From the IMG/VR virus record IMGVR_UViG_3300047160_005790, positions 24,285 to 88,284 of that record: a DNA stretch of 64,000 nt; one strand, written 5' to 3'. Positions 28,161 to 37,624 of the stretch are shown here, in pieces. The stretch comes from a virus. Its lineage: Duplodnaviria > Caudoviricetes. The notes under the pieces were generated by a model. That model did not search any database, was not told the origin of the DNA, and saw nothing but the letters and a program-made list of their open reading frames with translations. How positions within the stretch are numbered: position 1 is the stretch's first letter; every line of letters starts with the position of its first letter. The position numbers and the translations under genes are program-made.

Positions 28161-28984
28161 CCTAGTACCTCCCGGCTTACGTTGTATGCAACGTCAAAGG
28201 CATCGTTCAGCAAAACGCCGTGACGCCACTCCGCCCAGCGACCGGCGTGTACGAGCCCTCGCCAGCATGTACACGTGTTGCCGATCGCCTTTACGCCTTC
28301 GATGACGCCGTCGCCCTCGAAGCCGTAAGTGCTTTCGACGCTGCAACGGTCGCCGAGGATCGAGTAGCGATACCACACGTCCTCCGGCCGACCGTTGTAG
28401 ATGATTACCTCGCGCCCCGCTTCGCCGTCCGGCAGGGCGAGCGATTTGATCCAGTACGGCACAGACTTGAACGTATGCTCGTCGTCGGCGCAGAGGAAAC
28501 GTCGCGGCAGCGTATTGATAACGACTCGGAACAGCTTGAGAAAGTCCTCGATCATGCCCGGCTCGATCAGCAAGTGATGAATGTTTCGCTCGTAGCGTTT
28601 CCACAATTGATCGTACGCCCAAATCGCGTTCCAGCTCGGATAGCTCTGGCTGTAGTTCTCCCAGCCGGTCGCGTGCGAGGAGTCGCCGTACACCTTGCGA
28701 GCGTAGCCCTCCGGCGTGCCCATACGAACGACGTTCACGAGGTTGTCGGCGTAGCTCGGCGTCAGCTCTGGCACCGCGCGTCGTAGGTGTAGCGAGCCGG
28801 GGATCTCGGACTTCTCTTTGATGCTGTAGACGAGCGGTTCGCCGCCCGCGAGTCGTACGGCGTGCGCCGCGAGCAACCCTGCCGGGCCGCAGCCGAGTAT
28901 CGCGATGTCGTTCTTTCGCGACGTTCCTGGTTTGGGCCGGGCGATCGGCGGCAGCGTCGCTTCCCAGAGCCTCGTCTGACTCAT
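28157..28984 (-). CDS. FAD-dependent protein resembling UDP-galactopyranose mutase (Glf)
   Basis: IAILGCGPAGLLAA Rossmann motif; IIYN...WYR; C-terminal AGRWAEWR like Glf GRLAEY. Confidence 0.6.
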   Translation of the reverse strand: MSQTRLWEATLPPIARPKPGTSRKNDIAILGCGPAGLLAAHAVRLAGGEPLVYSIKEKSEIPGSLHLRRAVPELTPSYADNLVNVVRMGTPEGYARKVYGDSSHATGWENYSQSYPSWNAIWAYDQLWKRYERNIHHLLIEPGMIEDFLKLFRVVINTLPRRFLCADDEHTFKSVPYWIKSLALPDGEAGREVIIYNGRPEDVWYRYSILGDRCSVESTYGFEGDGVIEGVKAIGNTCTCWRGLVHAGRWAEWRHGVLLNDAFDVAYNVSREVLG

Positions 28985-29259
28985 TGCAACGGGCTCCCTT
29001 CGTAGCGCCCGCACACCAAGCCGAGCAGGAACATGTGGAATAGCATCGAGCCGATCGCCGGTTCGAGTTGCGGGTCCATGGCTCGCCAGGCTTGGTTGTA
29101 GCGCTTGCGTAGTACGTCGATCAGGTGGTGCTGAACGTTCGCGTACGCTTCCTCGCTGACCTTTAGCTGCGCCATTTGCCGAGGAACGCTGCCCGGCGCG
29201 AGGCCGTAGATCAGGCGGAGCGTACGCTCGCCGCGTTCCATCGCTTCGGCGTCGATCAT
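28981..29259 (-). CDS. Hypothetical protein
   Basis: Coupled ORF. Confidence 0.55.
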   Translation of the reverse strand: MIDAEAMERGERTLRLIYGLAPGSVPRQMAQLKVSEEAYANVQHHLIDVLRKRYNQAWRAMDPQLEPAIGSMLFHMFLLGLVCGRYEGSPLQ

Positions 29260-29263
29260 TCGA

Positions 29264-29506
29264 TCACCCCCTCTTGCTCAGCATTCTCTTCACGTTCGCC
29301 TTCCTGCCGCGCATGGCCCGCAAGCGTGCACGCTTCTGCGAACTGAGGCGCTTACGGACGGTGACCGGCGCGCGAGTTTGTTGTCGCTGCTCGGGCTTCG
29401 GCGGCTCGGGCAACGGATCGAGATTGCGCAGGAAGACATTTTCGTCGATCTTCTTCGGCTTCTCTGATTTGTTGCGTCGAAGAATGCCGATGGTCCGCTT
29501 CTTCAT
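29264..29506 (-). CDS. Highly basic hypothetical protein
   Basis: ATGA overlap with primase stop; R/K-rich. Confidence 0.55.
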   Translation of the reverse strand: MKKRTIGILRRNKSEKPKKIDENVFLRNLDPLPEPPKPEQRQQTRAPVTVRKRLSSQKRARLRAMRGRKANVKRMLSKRG

Positions 29507-32334
29507 AGGTCTTCCTCCCGCAACAGGGCGTGTAGGGTCGGAGAAATGCGAATGTCGCCGCTGATCTTCGTGACCATTTTGAGCGCCCACAGATGGTTGA
29601 TCGTGGCGTTCGCTTCCTCGCGGGCATAGTTCAACATTTCCTCGACGTCCTGCCGTCGGAAGTGACCTTGGTCTCGTAGGAACGTTGCGAGCCCAGGGCG
29701 CCCCTGTAGGAAGTCGATCGTCGCCTCGCGGTTGTCGAGCGCGGTTTGTATGTCGCCGCGCAGCTGCTTCGAGCGTTCGGCGTAGCCGAACGTCGGCATG
29801 TTGTACAGGTGATCCATGAAGCGAACGGCGTCACGAACGTGCGCCGGGGTGATGAGCAGTAACTCGTTCGACTTGTCGCTGCTGAAGGTGCGGGCCGCGA
29901 GCGCCGCCGAGACGCGGGCGATTTTGACCCGAATGTCGGCAGCTTGTACGAGCGGCGGGTCCTCGACGTAGCGCCTGCCCATATCGTTCGCCGCGGCCAG
30001 CACCGCTTCCTCGGCGCCGTCCGTCCAAATCACCTGGTCAGCTTGTCTCGTCCACGCCCACATCAGTAGGTTGTGACAGGCTTCGCTCGTGTAGGTCGCC
30101 GTACCGCTCGGCCGCGCCCGGTTGATGTCCTCGGGGTTGACGTCACCGATCGCGAGCGCCACCACCAGGTCGAAGCGGGCGATGTCCTCAGGGTTGCCGA
30201 TCAGCGGGCCGAGCGCTTGTACGCCGTAGGTGAAGTCGGCCATCTTCGCGTTACGCGGGTTGCTCATCCAGATCAGCCGCGTTCGAGCGTACGTCACTTC
30301 TTGTTGAATCTTCGTCAGACGGGCGACGCCTGCCGTTCGCACGTCGCTCATGCGAGAGATCTCTTCGGGCGAGAGGCCGCTCGCCTCGTCAAGTATCACG
30401 AGGCGGCGATCGTTGATGGGGATGGCGCCCCACGTCACCGTCCAATCGCGACCGCCTATTTGTTGCAGGCCGCCGACGATACCGGCGAAGCTCGCACTTT
30501 CACCACCAACGATCTCGCCAGCCCCGAGATGTCTGACGAGTTGAGTCGCCGCCTCGCTCTTGCCGGTTCGCGTGTCCCCGAGGATGAGGCTTTCGAGCCA
30601 CGCCTTCCGAATCATCTGCCCCGCAAACTTAAAGGAGAGTACGCTGTGAAACGTCAGGTCCATGACCGCATGCATTTCGACGCGCCCGATGATCTTCGTT
30701 ACCTGCGCCGCTAGCTCGCGGTTGATCTCGACTAGCTTCCTGAGCGGCCCTCGGCTGTCCGATCGGAAGCGGCTCATGAGCTTTACGCGCTCGGGCGTCA
30801 CTTCGAATCGGTCAACGCTCGTTTCGAGGCGCTCTAGTTCCCAGGCCAGGAACTCGTTGACCTGCGTATTCGGGTTCGCGAACAACGCGCCGGTGACATC
30901 GACAGTGTTGTTCGGCAGCGTGTCGTGGTGCCCGACGTTCGTGATCTTGATGTTCTTATAGTCCTGGGCCTTCGTGCCGTCGCTCTGGTCGATACTCGGT
31001 CGGCCGAACAACTGCTCGACTGCCTGATGTTCTGTAACGACGATGGAGAGTTTCTTACAACTCGGGGCGCCGTACTCCTGCCGCACGAGGTCTATGACGT
31101 TCTTCGTCGGCGTGTCGAGCATAGCGAGTATCGTTGGACTTTCCTTCGGTATCTCGATGACCGCGTCGCCGCTGGCCATTAACGGGCAAGTGTCGCAAGC
31201 CTTACCGGCGTCTCGCGAACACGTTAGGCGCGCGACTTTCGGCAGCGAGTAGCCGGGCTCCTTGCGACCCTTGATCGTGACCTGAATGTGAAGCGGCTTG
31301 CCGAGGTTGCGGGCGTCGAAGCTCTCTAGCACCGTCGCCGATATGACACCGACACCGTTCGTGTTTTGCTCGGTCTGCTTGTCCCAGGGCTCTGCCGTCG
31401 CGAGCAAGCGCTCGAAGTCGTTGCGGTCGTACTCGCGCCAGAAGTCGCTGAGGTCTTGGCCGTGCTTCGGTACGCGCGGGTACGGCAGGGCGATTACGCG
31501 AACGTCGGCGTTCTTGCCGAGGATGTGGCCGAGCTTGTTGTTCGCTTTGAAGCCTTTGTCGTCGCAGTCGTGCGCGAGGTAGACGACCATGTCCGAGAAC
31601 AACTCGGTCCACTTGCCGTTCCAGGAGTCGGCGGCGCCGGTGCGCGTGATCGCCGGGTAGCCGTTCATGATCGTGAGGATGATGTCCCACTCGCCCTCGC
31701 CGATGATGATGAACTCCGGCTTCGGCTTGATCTGTTGCATCGGGAACAGCGTCGGGCGGTTGTGCCCGGTAAGTCCCCAGATCTTGCGCCGGTTCGGGCC
31801 GGGGCGCGGGTTGTAGCGACGTACGTTGATCAGCTCGCCGTCGAAGTCGCGTACCGGGATCGTGTAAATGCCTTTGCTGCGATCCCAGCCGATCTCGAAC
31901 CTGATGATGCCGTCGGTCGTTATGCCGCGTTCGGCAATAAGCGCCTCGCGCTCGGCGTCGCTATTCATCAACACCGAGTGCCAAGCGCTTACTCGCGCCT
32001 CGCTCGGTTCTTCGGGCGGCTTGTCGCTGGTGCGATGCACGCCGCCGTTCGAGGAGACGGCGCCGATCGGCGGCCGCAACCATTCTTCCTGCCTCGCGAT
32101 CAGGCTGCGAACCGAGCCGCCCCCGCAACCAGCGTTGCAGTAGTAAACGCCCTTGTCAACGTTGAGCGTTGCCGATCGAACTACGTCCGCGATACCTTTG
32201 TCGCCGTGTAGCGGGCAATGTAGGTTGATCTCGCGCGTCGGCGGATCATCATACGTGTTGAGGTAGGAAGCATGGTCGCCGCCACCTTCGAGGTAGGGCC
32301 GCAACAGATCAAGTTGTCGTTTAGTTATCGGCAT
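29503..32334 (-). CDS. Primase-helicase fusion: Zn finger, Toprim and MCM-like AAA+ helicase
   Basis: CPLHGD...C..GC; IGEGEWD, HDCDDKG; GDTRTGKS, LVILDE, ARFDL. Confidence 0.85.
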   Translation of the reverse strand: MPITKRQLDLLRPYLEGGGDHASYLNTYDDPPTREINLHCPLHGDKGIADVVRSATLNVDKGVYYCNAGCGGGSVRSLIARQEEWLRPPIGAVSSNGGVHRTSDKPPEEPSEARVSAWHSVLMNSDAEREALIAERGITTDGIIRFEIGWDRSKGIYTIPVRDFDGELINVRRYNPRPGPNRRKIWGLTGHNRPTLFPMQQIKPKPEFIIIGEGEWDIILTIMNGYPAITRTGAADSWNGKWTELFSDMVVYLAHDCDDKGFKANNKLGHILGKNADVRVIALPYPRVPKHGQDLSDFWREYDRNDFERLLATAEPWDKQTEQNTNGVGVISATVLESFDARNLGKPLHIQVTIKGRKEPGYSLPKVARLTCSRDAGKACDTCPLMASGDAVIEIPKESPTILAMLDTPTKNVIDLVRQEYGAPSCKKLSIVVTEHQAVEQLFGRPSIDQSDGTKAQDYKNIKITNVGHHDTLPNNTVDVTGALFANPNTQVNEFLAWELERLETSVDRFEVTPERVKLMSRFRSDSRGPLRKLVEINRELAAQVTKIIGRVEMHAVMDLTFHSVLSFKFAGQMIRKAWLESLILGDTRTGKSEAATQLVRHLGAGEIVGGESASFAGIVGGLQQIGGRDWTVTWGAIPINDRRLVILDEASGLSPEEISRMSDVRTAGVARLTKIQQEVTYARTRLIWMSNPRNAKMADFTYGVQALGPLIGNPEDIARFDLVVALAIGDVNPEDINRARPSGTATYTSEACHNLLMWAWTRQADQVIWTDGAEEAVLAAANDMGRRYVEDPPLVQAADIRVKIARVSAALAARTFSSDKSNELLLITPAHVRDAVRFMDHLYNMPTFGYAERSKQLRGDIQTALDNREATIDFLQGRPGLATFLRDQGHFRRQDVEEMLNYAREEANATINHLWALKMVTKISGDIRISPTLHALLREEDL

Positions 32335-32342
32335 AGCTGAGA

Positions 32343-32374
32343 GGAGGGGGCCGGGATGGAGACCGACCCCCTCC
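32343..32374 (-). promoter_or_regulatory. 12-bp hairpin sequestering GGAGG just before the primase ATG
   Basis: GGAGGGGGTCGG/CCGGCCCCCTCC with one G-U pair in mRNA sense. Confidence 0.6.
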
Positions 32375-32378
32375 GCCG

Positions 32379-32654
32379 TCAGCCGGACCGTTTCGTCAAC
32401 CTACTCGCTCTGATTCCGAGCTTGCTGTACATCGCCTTGCGGACTTTGTAGAGCTCTTGTGCGAACGCACGAGGCTCAACGCGATACCGCCTCGCGTCGT
32501 ACTCGCGGACGATTTCCTCGAACAGTTCATCGGTCGAGTCGTCCGCGACGTCCCAGGCGACGGTCGTAGGGTTGACCAGATTCATAGTGAGCTGGTACCC
32601 GTTGAGGGAGAGCACGCTCGCCAGTGCGAGATCAGTTGTCGAGTAGCCCGACAC
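32379..32654 (-). CDS. DUF5659-like protein
   Basis: TTDLALAS.L...GY...VEP..F..EL..V. Confidence 0.55.
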   Translation of the reverse strand: MSGYSTTDLALASVLSLNGYQLTMNLVNPTTVAWDVADDSTDELFEEIVREYDARRYRVEPRAFAQELYKVRKAMYSKLGIRASRLTKRSG

Positions 32655-32669
32655 CGTTGCTTGGTCGTA

Positions 32670-33563
32670 CTACTCGTCGCCTTCAAACGGGTTGGAGCCG
32701 TCGTCCTCGCGCAAAACGGCGACCAGCTTGTCCTTCGAGAGTCGGCCGCTCGGCATGTCGAGCTTGCGGTCAGCGATCTCGTCCTTCAGCTCCTTGACTT
32801 CCCACTCGTCGTAGTCGTCCTCTGGAGCCGCTGCCCCGGCGCCGTCGCCGCCGCCCGACTCGTCGCTTTCGGTAAGGGCGTCGATGTACTTCTGCGTCGT
32901 CTTGCGGCCGCTGATTTCGAGGCCGCGCTCCTCGGCTTCCGCCTTCAGCTCATCGAGCGACCACGCCGAGTAGTCCTCCGGCTCGCCGCCGTCGGCGGCA
33001 GCGCCGTCGCTGCTCTGCGCCTCGTCGTCCTCGACAAGAATGCCGATCAACTTCGCACTCGTAGCGCGGCCGGTGATCTCGAGCCCGCGCTCCCCGATCT
33101 CTGCCTTCAAATCGTCGAGGGACCATTCCTCGTAGTTCTCCGGCCCCTCGCCGCCATCGTCGCCGTCGGCAGGCTCGTCGCCGTTGTCGCCGCCGCGCAA
33201 CGGCAGGAGGGTGCCAGCGCGGGCGACGTAGTTGCCTTCGTACGAGTCGCCGACGACCTTGACGCGCATCTTCTTGCCGACGATCTTGTCGGTGTCGATC
33301 TCGCCCTTGTCGCGTAGGCCAAGTGCCTTCACGAATTCCTTGAGCTTCCAGTCGCTGCGCTGGCTGAGGCCGATGTACGTGTGAACAGGCACATAGTCCT
33401 CGTCCACGAACTCCAGCGTCAGATGAATATCGTTCGCCGGGTCGCCGTTGGTCTTCTCGGTGCGCTGCTCAGCGTCGCGAATCGCCACCGTGTAGGTGCC
33501 GACCTTTGCGTGATCGCCGCTTCGTGACTCTACGTCAGAAACATCATACTTTATGCGTGCCAT
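32670..33563 (-). CDS. DUF669-like ssDNA-binding protein with three SAP/HeH-like repeats
   Basis: WKLKEF..ALG...IVGK.M.V; three copies of Y..W....LK.E...R.L. Confidence 0.7.
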   Translation of the reverse strand: MARIKYDVSDVESRSGDHAKVGTYTVAIRDAEQRTEKTNGDPANDIHLTLEFVDEDYVPVHTYIGLSQRSDWKLKEFVKALGLRDKGEIDTDKIVGKKMRVKVVGDSYEGNYVARAGTLLPLRGGDNGDEPADGDDGGEGPENYEEWSLDDLKAEIGERGLEITGRATSAKLIGILVEDDEAQSSDGAAADGGEPEDYSAWSLDELKAEAEERGLEISGRKTTQKYIDALTESDESGGGDGAGAAAPEDDYDEWEVKELKDEIADRKLDMPSGRLSKDKLVAVLREDDGSNPFEGDE

Positions 33564-34402
33564 CAGCTACTTCGCTCCCTTCTCGTAGTACGAGTCGATG
33601 TTCGACGTGCCGCCGGTCGTTGTGTTGGTCGGCGCCCCTCCCTTCGTTGCGGCGCGGCCGCTTGTCGCGCCTCTTCGATACCAGCCATGAACTTCTCCAT
33701 CGTCGGATCGACGATGTTGCCGTTCGGCGGGAAGGCGTTGTACTGATTCTTGGCGTAGACGTATTCAGTCTTCTGGGTACGCAAGATACGCTGGGTGATC
33801 TGCTTACCGCCGCGTTCCCGCTCGGCTACTTCGAGGTAGCCGACGACGTTCATGTAGCCGCAGACCTTCGAGATCATGCCCTTGCCCTGAATCCACGGTA
33901 GGCGCTTGATGCCACCGTTGTCCGACATCGGATCGGGCAGGTCTTCCGAGTGTGCCGTGATACCGAAGTTGAACATGTCGGGGCCGACCATGTAGCGCAC
34001 CCATTCGCCGATGCGCTCCATATTGATGCCGTACTCCAGCTTGTCGCGGCCGTACTCGCGTCGCTTCGGATTGCGGTCGAGCGTCTGCTCCCAGATGTCA
34101 TCGAGTCCGACATCTTGCCAGAGCGAGATCGAATCGAGCCACACCCAGTCCCAGTCGGCGCCGTCATGTCGGCAGTATTCGAGCGCCTCCCAGGCGTCTG
34201 TCCAGTTCTGTACGACCCATTCTTCGCAACCGCTGCCGCGAATCGGCTGAACTTGGTCGAGCGGCGGCCGGATGATGAGGATCTTGTAGCTGCGTCCGCC
34301 GGTGCCGATGAAGGAGGTCTTCCCGGCCGAGGGGTCACCGTGTATCAGGGCGCAGATGTGCTCGCGAGTCGAGACGGGCTTGATCGAGGGATGCTTCGCC
34401 AT
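33563..34402 (-). CDS. Sak4-like AAA recombinase
   Basis: IHGDPSAGKTSF, WVWLDSIS, TAH, YAKN. Confidence 0.82.
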   Translation of the reverse strand: MAKHPSIKPVSTREHICALIHGDPSAGKTSFIGTGGRSYKILIIRPPLDQVQPIRGSGCEEWVVQNWTDAWEALEYCRHDGADWDWVWLDSISLWQDVGLDDIWEQTLDRNPKRREYGRDKLEYGINMERIGEWVRYMVGPDMFNFGITAHSEDLPDPMSDNGGIKRLPWIQGKGMISKVCGYMNVVGYLEVAERERGGKQITQRILRTQKTEYVYAKNQYNAFPPNGNIVDPTMEKFMAGIEEARQAAAPQRREGRRPTQRPAARRTSTRTTRRERSS

Positions 34403-34641
34403 CAGGGTAGTTCACAAAGCAACGTCACGTAGGTGACGCCGCTGCCGCCGAGGGTCGTTTCCGGGTGGTCGTTGTAGAAGAACGTGCGCTCCTTCACCTT
34501 CAACGCGAAGTCGATGCCGCTTTCGTCCCGGTAGCCGATGATCTCGTCGGGCAACGGGATCGGTACGCTCTCGGCGCCTTCGATCACGTACTCGAATTCC
34601 TTCATTTCTGTTTCATGTTTGATGTGAAGCTCGACTCTCAT
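34402..34641 (-). CDS. Hypothetical protein
   Basis: Coupled ORF. Confidence 0.55.
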   Translation of the reverse strand: MRVELHIKHETEMKEFEYVIEGAESVPIPLPDEIIGYRDESGIDFALKVKERTFFYNDHPETTLGGSGVTYVTLLCELP

Positions 34642-35012
34642 GATTCCTCGATTTCCTCGGCTTCGGCGTCAACCTCGTTCGCCGGGTCCAGAGCCTCGAA
34701 GTGATCGTGAATGGCACTGCCCGTTAGCGCCGACGGCGCCGTGCGTGGTTGGTTGACGCGGCCGGTCTTGATCTGCCCGGCTACGTCGAAGCTGATCACG
34801 AGATCGTGGTCGAACTCCATCGTGACCAAGTGCCCTTCGTTCCTCATGCGCGTCAGGGTGCGACCGACGAGCGCGTTTTGCCCGAAGATATCACCTGAGA
34901 TGCGCCCCGCTAGCGCCTCGGTCGCGACAGCTTCCTGATCGCCTTCGAACGTCACCTTGGTCGTTTTTGGCCCGAATTGTTGGGCGGGCCGTACGTCGTC
35001 TTGTTCGCTCAC
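34638..35012 (-). CDS. Hypothetical protein
   Basis: AAGGAGG SD; coupled. Confidence 0.6.
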   Translation of the reverse strand: MSEQDDVRPAQQFGPKTTKVTFEGDQEAVATEALAGRISGDIFGQNALVGRTLTRMRNEGHLVTMEFDHDLVISFDVAGQIKTGRVNQPRTAPSALTGSAIHDHFEALDPANEVDAEAEEIEES

Positions 35013-35163
35013 GTTGTCGCCCCCTCCTTGTAGGGTGGAGCGCTCGGTTGGGTAGGGTCGCCCCGGTCACAGGGCGGGGGTAGGACCGAGCGCTCCGTCG
35101 AGGCGGCACTGCGCGCGGCTCCCCTCAGCAAGCAGAGCAGCACCGCCTCGGCGCAACGTTCGA

Positions 35164-36015
35164 TCATCGGAAGAACTCCGTCGCCATCACGACGTCCTTC
35201 ATTTCGAACACCCAGGCCTCCTTTACAGCGCGGTACGCCGCCTCGCCGATCCAATCTCCGAACATGAGTCGCCACTTACAAGCGAAGCGCTTGCTCGGGT
35301 GACTGACGTACTTCGGCCAAAGCTCGTATGCGATCTCGTGGCAGCGCTGTTCGAGCGTCGCTCGCTGATCGACACCGCCTGCGAAGCCGGTAATGCCGCC
35401 GGGGTCCTTCGGCTTGTTGACGGACTTGATGTGAAGGCTGGTCGAGACGTACCACATATGACCGGCGCGTACGATGCGACGGCCGATCTCCGACGTATCG
35501 TGGTACACCGTCAGCCGCGGCTCGAAGTTGCCCGCCAGCAAAGCGATCCGTACGCTGATGGCCATTGCCTTGTCCTTCGGAGCGCCGGTCGCGAGGCAGA
35601 GGCCGGGTTCCTTCGCTAGCTCGTTGCCGTTCGGGTACCAGAGGCCGTAGGGCGGCATCCAGCCGCCGCACACGCCGCCGCGCCCGGCCGCGACGAATTC
35701 AAGCAGCGGCCGAACGTCGCCGCCGGTCGGGCGCGTATCGTCGTCCGCCTGTATGAAAGCATCCCAGCCTAAGCGGTTCGCGAGCAACACACTACTGGCG
35801 CGGGCGTAGCCGACGCCGCGGTTGCTACGCTGATGATGATAGATTCGAACGTTGCGCCCGAGCCCCAAGTGCCGCACTTCCAGGTCGTAGTCGAACACTT
35901 GCTTGCGTTCGGTCAGTATGAGGATCGGAACGTCTTGTTCGACCCAGAACGGTAGCGTCTGCGGCAGGATGTCGTGAGCGCGGTCGCGGCTGAGGATGAT
36001 GACGCCGCCCTTCAC
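35164..36015 (-). CDS. GT-A glycosyltransferase of the TET-associated (TAGT/GREB1-like) type
   Basis: IILSRDR...T, GVGYAR, IQADDD, PGG...R......WP.YV. Confidence 0.7.
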   Translation of the reverse strand: MKGGVIILSRDRAHDILPQTLPFWVEQDVPILILTERKQVFDYDLEVRHLGLGRNVRIYHHQRSNRGVGYARASSVLLANRLGWDAFIQADDDTRPTGGDVRPLLEFVAAGRGGVCGGWMPPYGLWYPNGNELAKEPGLCLATGAPKDKAMAISVRIALLAGNFEPRLTVYHDTSEIGRRIVRAGHMWYVSTSLHIKSVNKPKDPGGITGFAGGVDQRATLEQRCHEIAYELWPKYVSHPSKRFACKWRLMFGDWIGEAAYRAVKEAWVFEMKDVVMATEFFR

Positions 36016-36305
36016 GTTGACGACACCTTGCGCAACGCCTGATCTACGCCGCGGCGGGCTTCGTGTAGCCAGCGTTCGACTTCGCTACGGCGCCCGCGCA
36101 ACGTGAAGTGATGGCTCGACGCCTCGGCCGCGTAGATGAACTGAACGGCCGCGTACGGCAGCGGCACCTTGACCACGTAGTCGTACTCGGGCGGCAACGG
36201 AGTATCTCGTCGCCTCAAAGCGTTACCTTCGCTGCGAATACCATCGTCGCGAAGCCGAACAAGAGCACTGCCGTCGCTAAGGTACGTCGGAACCACACTC
36301 GCCAT
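36012..36305 (-). CDS. Hypothetical protein
   Basis: AGGAGG SD after a 10-bp hairpin. Confidence 0.55.
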   Translation of the reverse strand: MASVVPTYLSDGSALVRLRDDGIRSEGNALRRRDTPLPPEYDYVVKVPLPYAAVQFIYAAEASSHHFTLRGRRSEVERWLHEARRGVDQALRKVSST

Positions 36306-36390
36306 CGCCTCCTGAGGAAATTGTATGTAGTGGGCCGCGTCGTCCGTCGGGGAGAGGCGGTGGAGTTAGTGCCACGGCGCGGCCCACTGC

Positions 36391-37521
36391 TCATCGACGC
36401 TCTCCCTCGATCTCGTACGTTGTGTACGGATCGTAGTGAACGAGGGTTCCGTCGATAAGTTCTTGGTAGTCGTTGCCCGTCTCGTGTAGCTCGCAGATAT
36501 CGAGCAGGTGACAGAACGGGCAGTTCATCTGACTCGGTGACTTGTCGGGAACTTCTTCGCCGTTGCGCATGCGCTGCATCCGGTAGAACTCTCGGAGCGC
36601 GCGGCTGCGCACCTGGCCCTTTTCAAATTCGTCGCGATACACCGGGTGACGAACGAAGTAGGGCGGCGGCTGCTTCTTGCTAATGCCGCCGTCTTTGTTG
36701 AGGCTCTGCCCTTTCTCGTTCTTCGGCCGATCGTCCGGCATCGCCTTGCGAAGGAAGTTGAAGATCATTCCGGCGAGCTGCTGCCGGGGCCGGAGGATTC
36801 GGTTGTCGTATAGCCAATCGACACCCCACGTCCAGTACGCGCTGGCTTGCTCATCAAGGCGTAGATAGCGCGTGTCGATTCGGCTCTTGTTCGTCGTTTT
36901 GTGATCCGGCAGCCACAACTTGCGGGTCGAGCGATTCTTCCACAAGCCGTCGAGCGTGCCGACGTAGATGAACAGCGGCTTGCCGTCCGGATCGCTGACG
37001 ATCTGATAGAAGGGCTGCTCGGTCGCGAGCACCTCCCATTCGTCATCGGCGCCGAACGTATCGACGTAGTTGTTGAGTATTGCGACGCCTAGCTCGCCCG
37101 CGTCGTGCCACACCGTCTCGTCGGCTTCGTCGATGTACTCTCGTATGTCGAAGCCGCCGACCGCCTCCCGCTCGGCAGTGTACAGTTGTTCGAACACCCC
37201 TGCCGGGTGCGGGCCGCGTTTGATGCCGGGCTTGTAGTAGGCGGCGAGCGCTTGATGTATCAGGGTGCCGAAGCGCAGCGCCGGGCGATCGGTGCGCGCC
37301 CGCCTTTGCTCGACGTAGCTCCAGTACCATTGCCACTCGCAACGCTTGAACGAGCTTCGCTCGCTCGTGCGCAGCATCGGGAGGGCCGCAGCCCGAGGAC
37401 CGCGGGATGAGGGTACCGCGTCGGCGCGACGGCGGCCCTCCCCATGTTGCTCAGCGTTTCGAGTTTCAGCTGTAGCTGCCTGTCGAGCCGCTCGCGTACG
37501 GTGACGAACCGTAGTAGACAT
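36391..37521 (-). CDS. PD-(D/E)XK RecB/Cas4-like exonuclease
   Basis: F.RC..QW, FGTLIH, GTLDG...DHKT, Q...Y, C..C...C. Confidence 0.85.
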   Translation of the reverse strand: MSTTVRHRTRAARQAATAETRNAEQHGEGRRRADAVPSSRGPRAAALPMLRTSERSSFKRCEWQWYWSYVEQRRARTDRPALRFGTLIHQALAAYYKPGIKRGPHPAGVFEQLYTAEREAVGGFDIREYIDEADETVWHDAGELGVAILNNYVDTFGADDEWEVLATEQPFYQIVSDPDGKPLFIYVGTLDGLWKNRSTRKLWLPDHKTTNKSRIDTRYLRLDEQASAYWTWGVDWLYDNRILRPRQQLAGMIFNFLRKAMPDDRPKNEKGQSLNKDGGISKKQPPPYFVRHPVYRDEFEKGQVRSRALREFYRMQRMRNGEEVPDKSPSQMNCPFCHLLDICELHETGNDYQELIDGTLVHYDPYTTYEIEGERR

Positions 37522-37624
37522 ATCCCCTCATCTTTTTCTCCTCTCCGGCCCGGACATCCCGGCCGACGAAGCCGGTACCTTACTCGATCTCCGGCCCGGA
37601 GTAAAGAGATCCAAAAGTTGTTGA

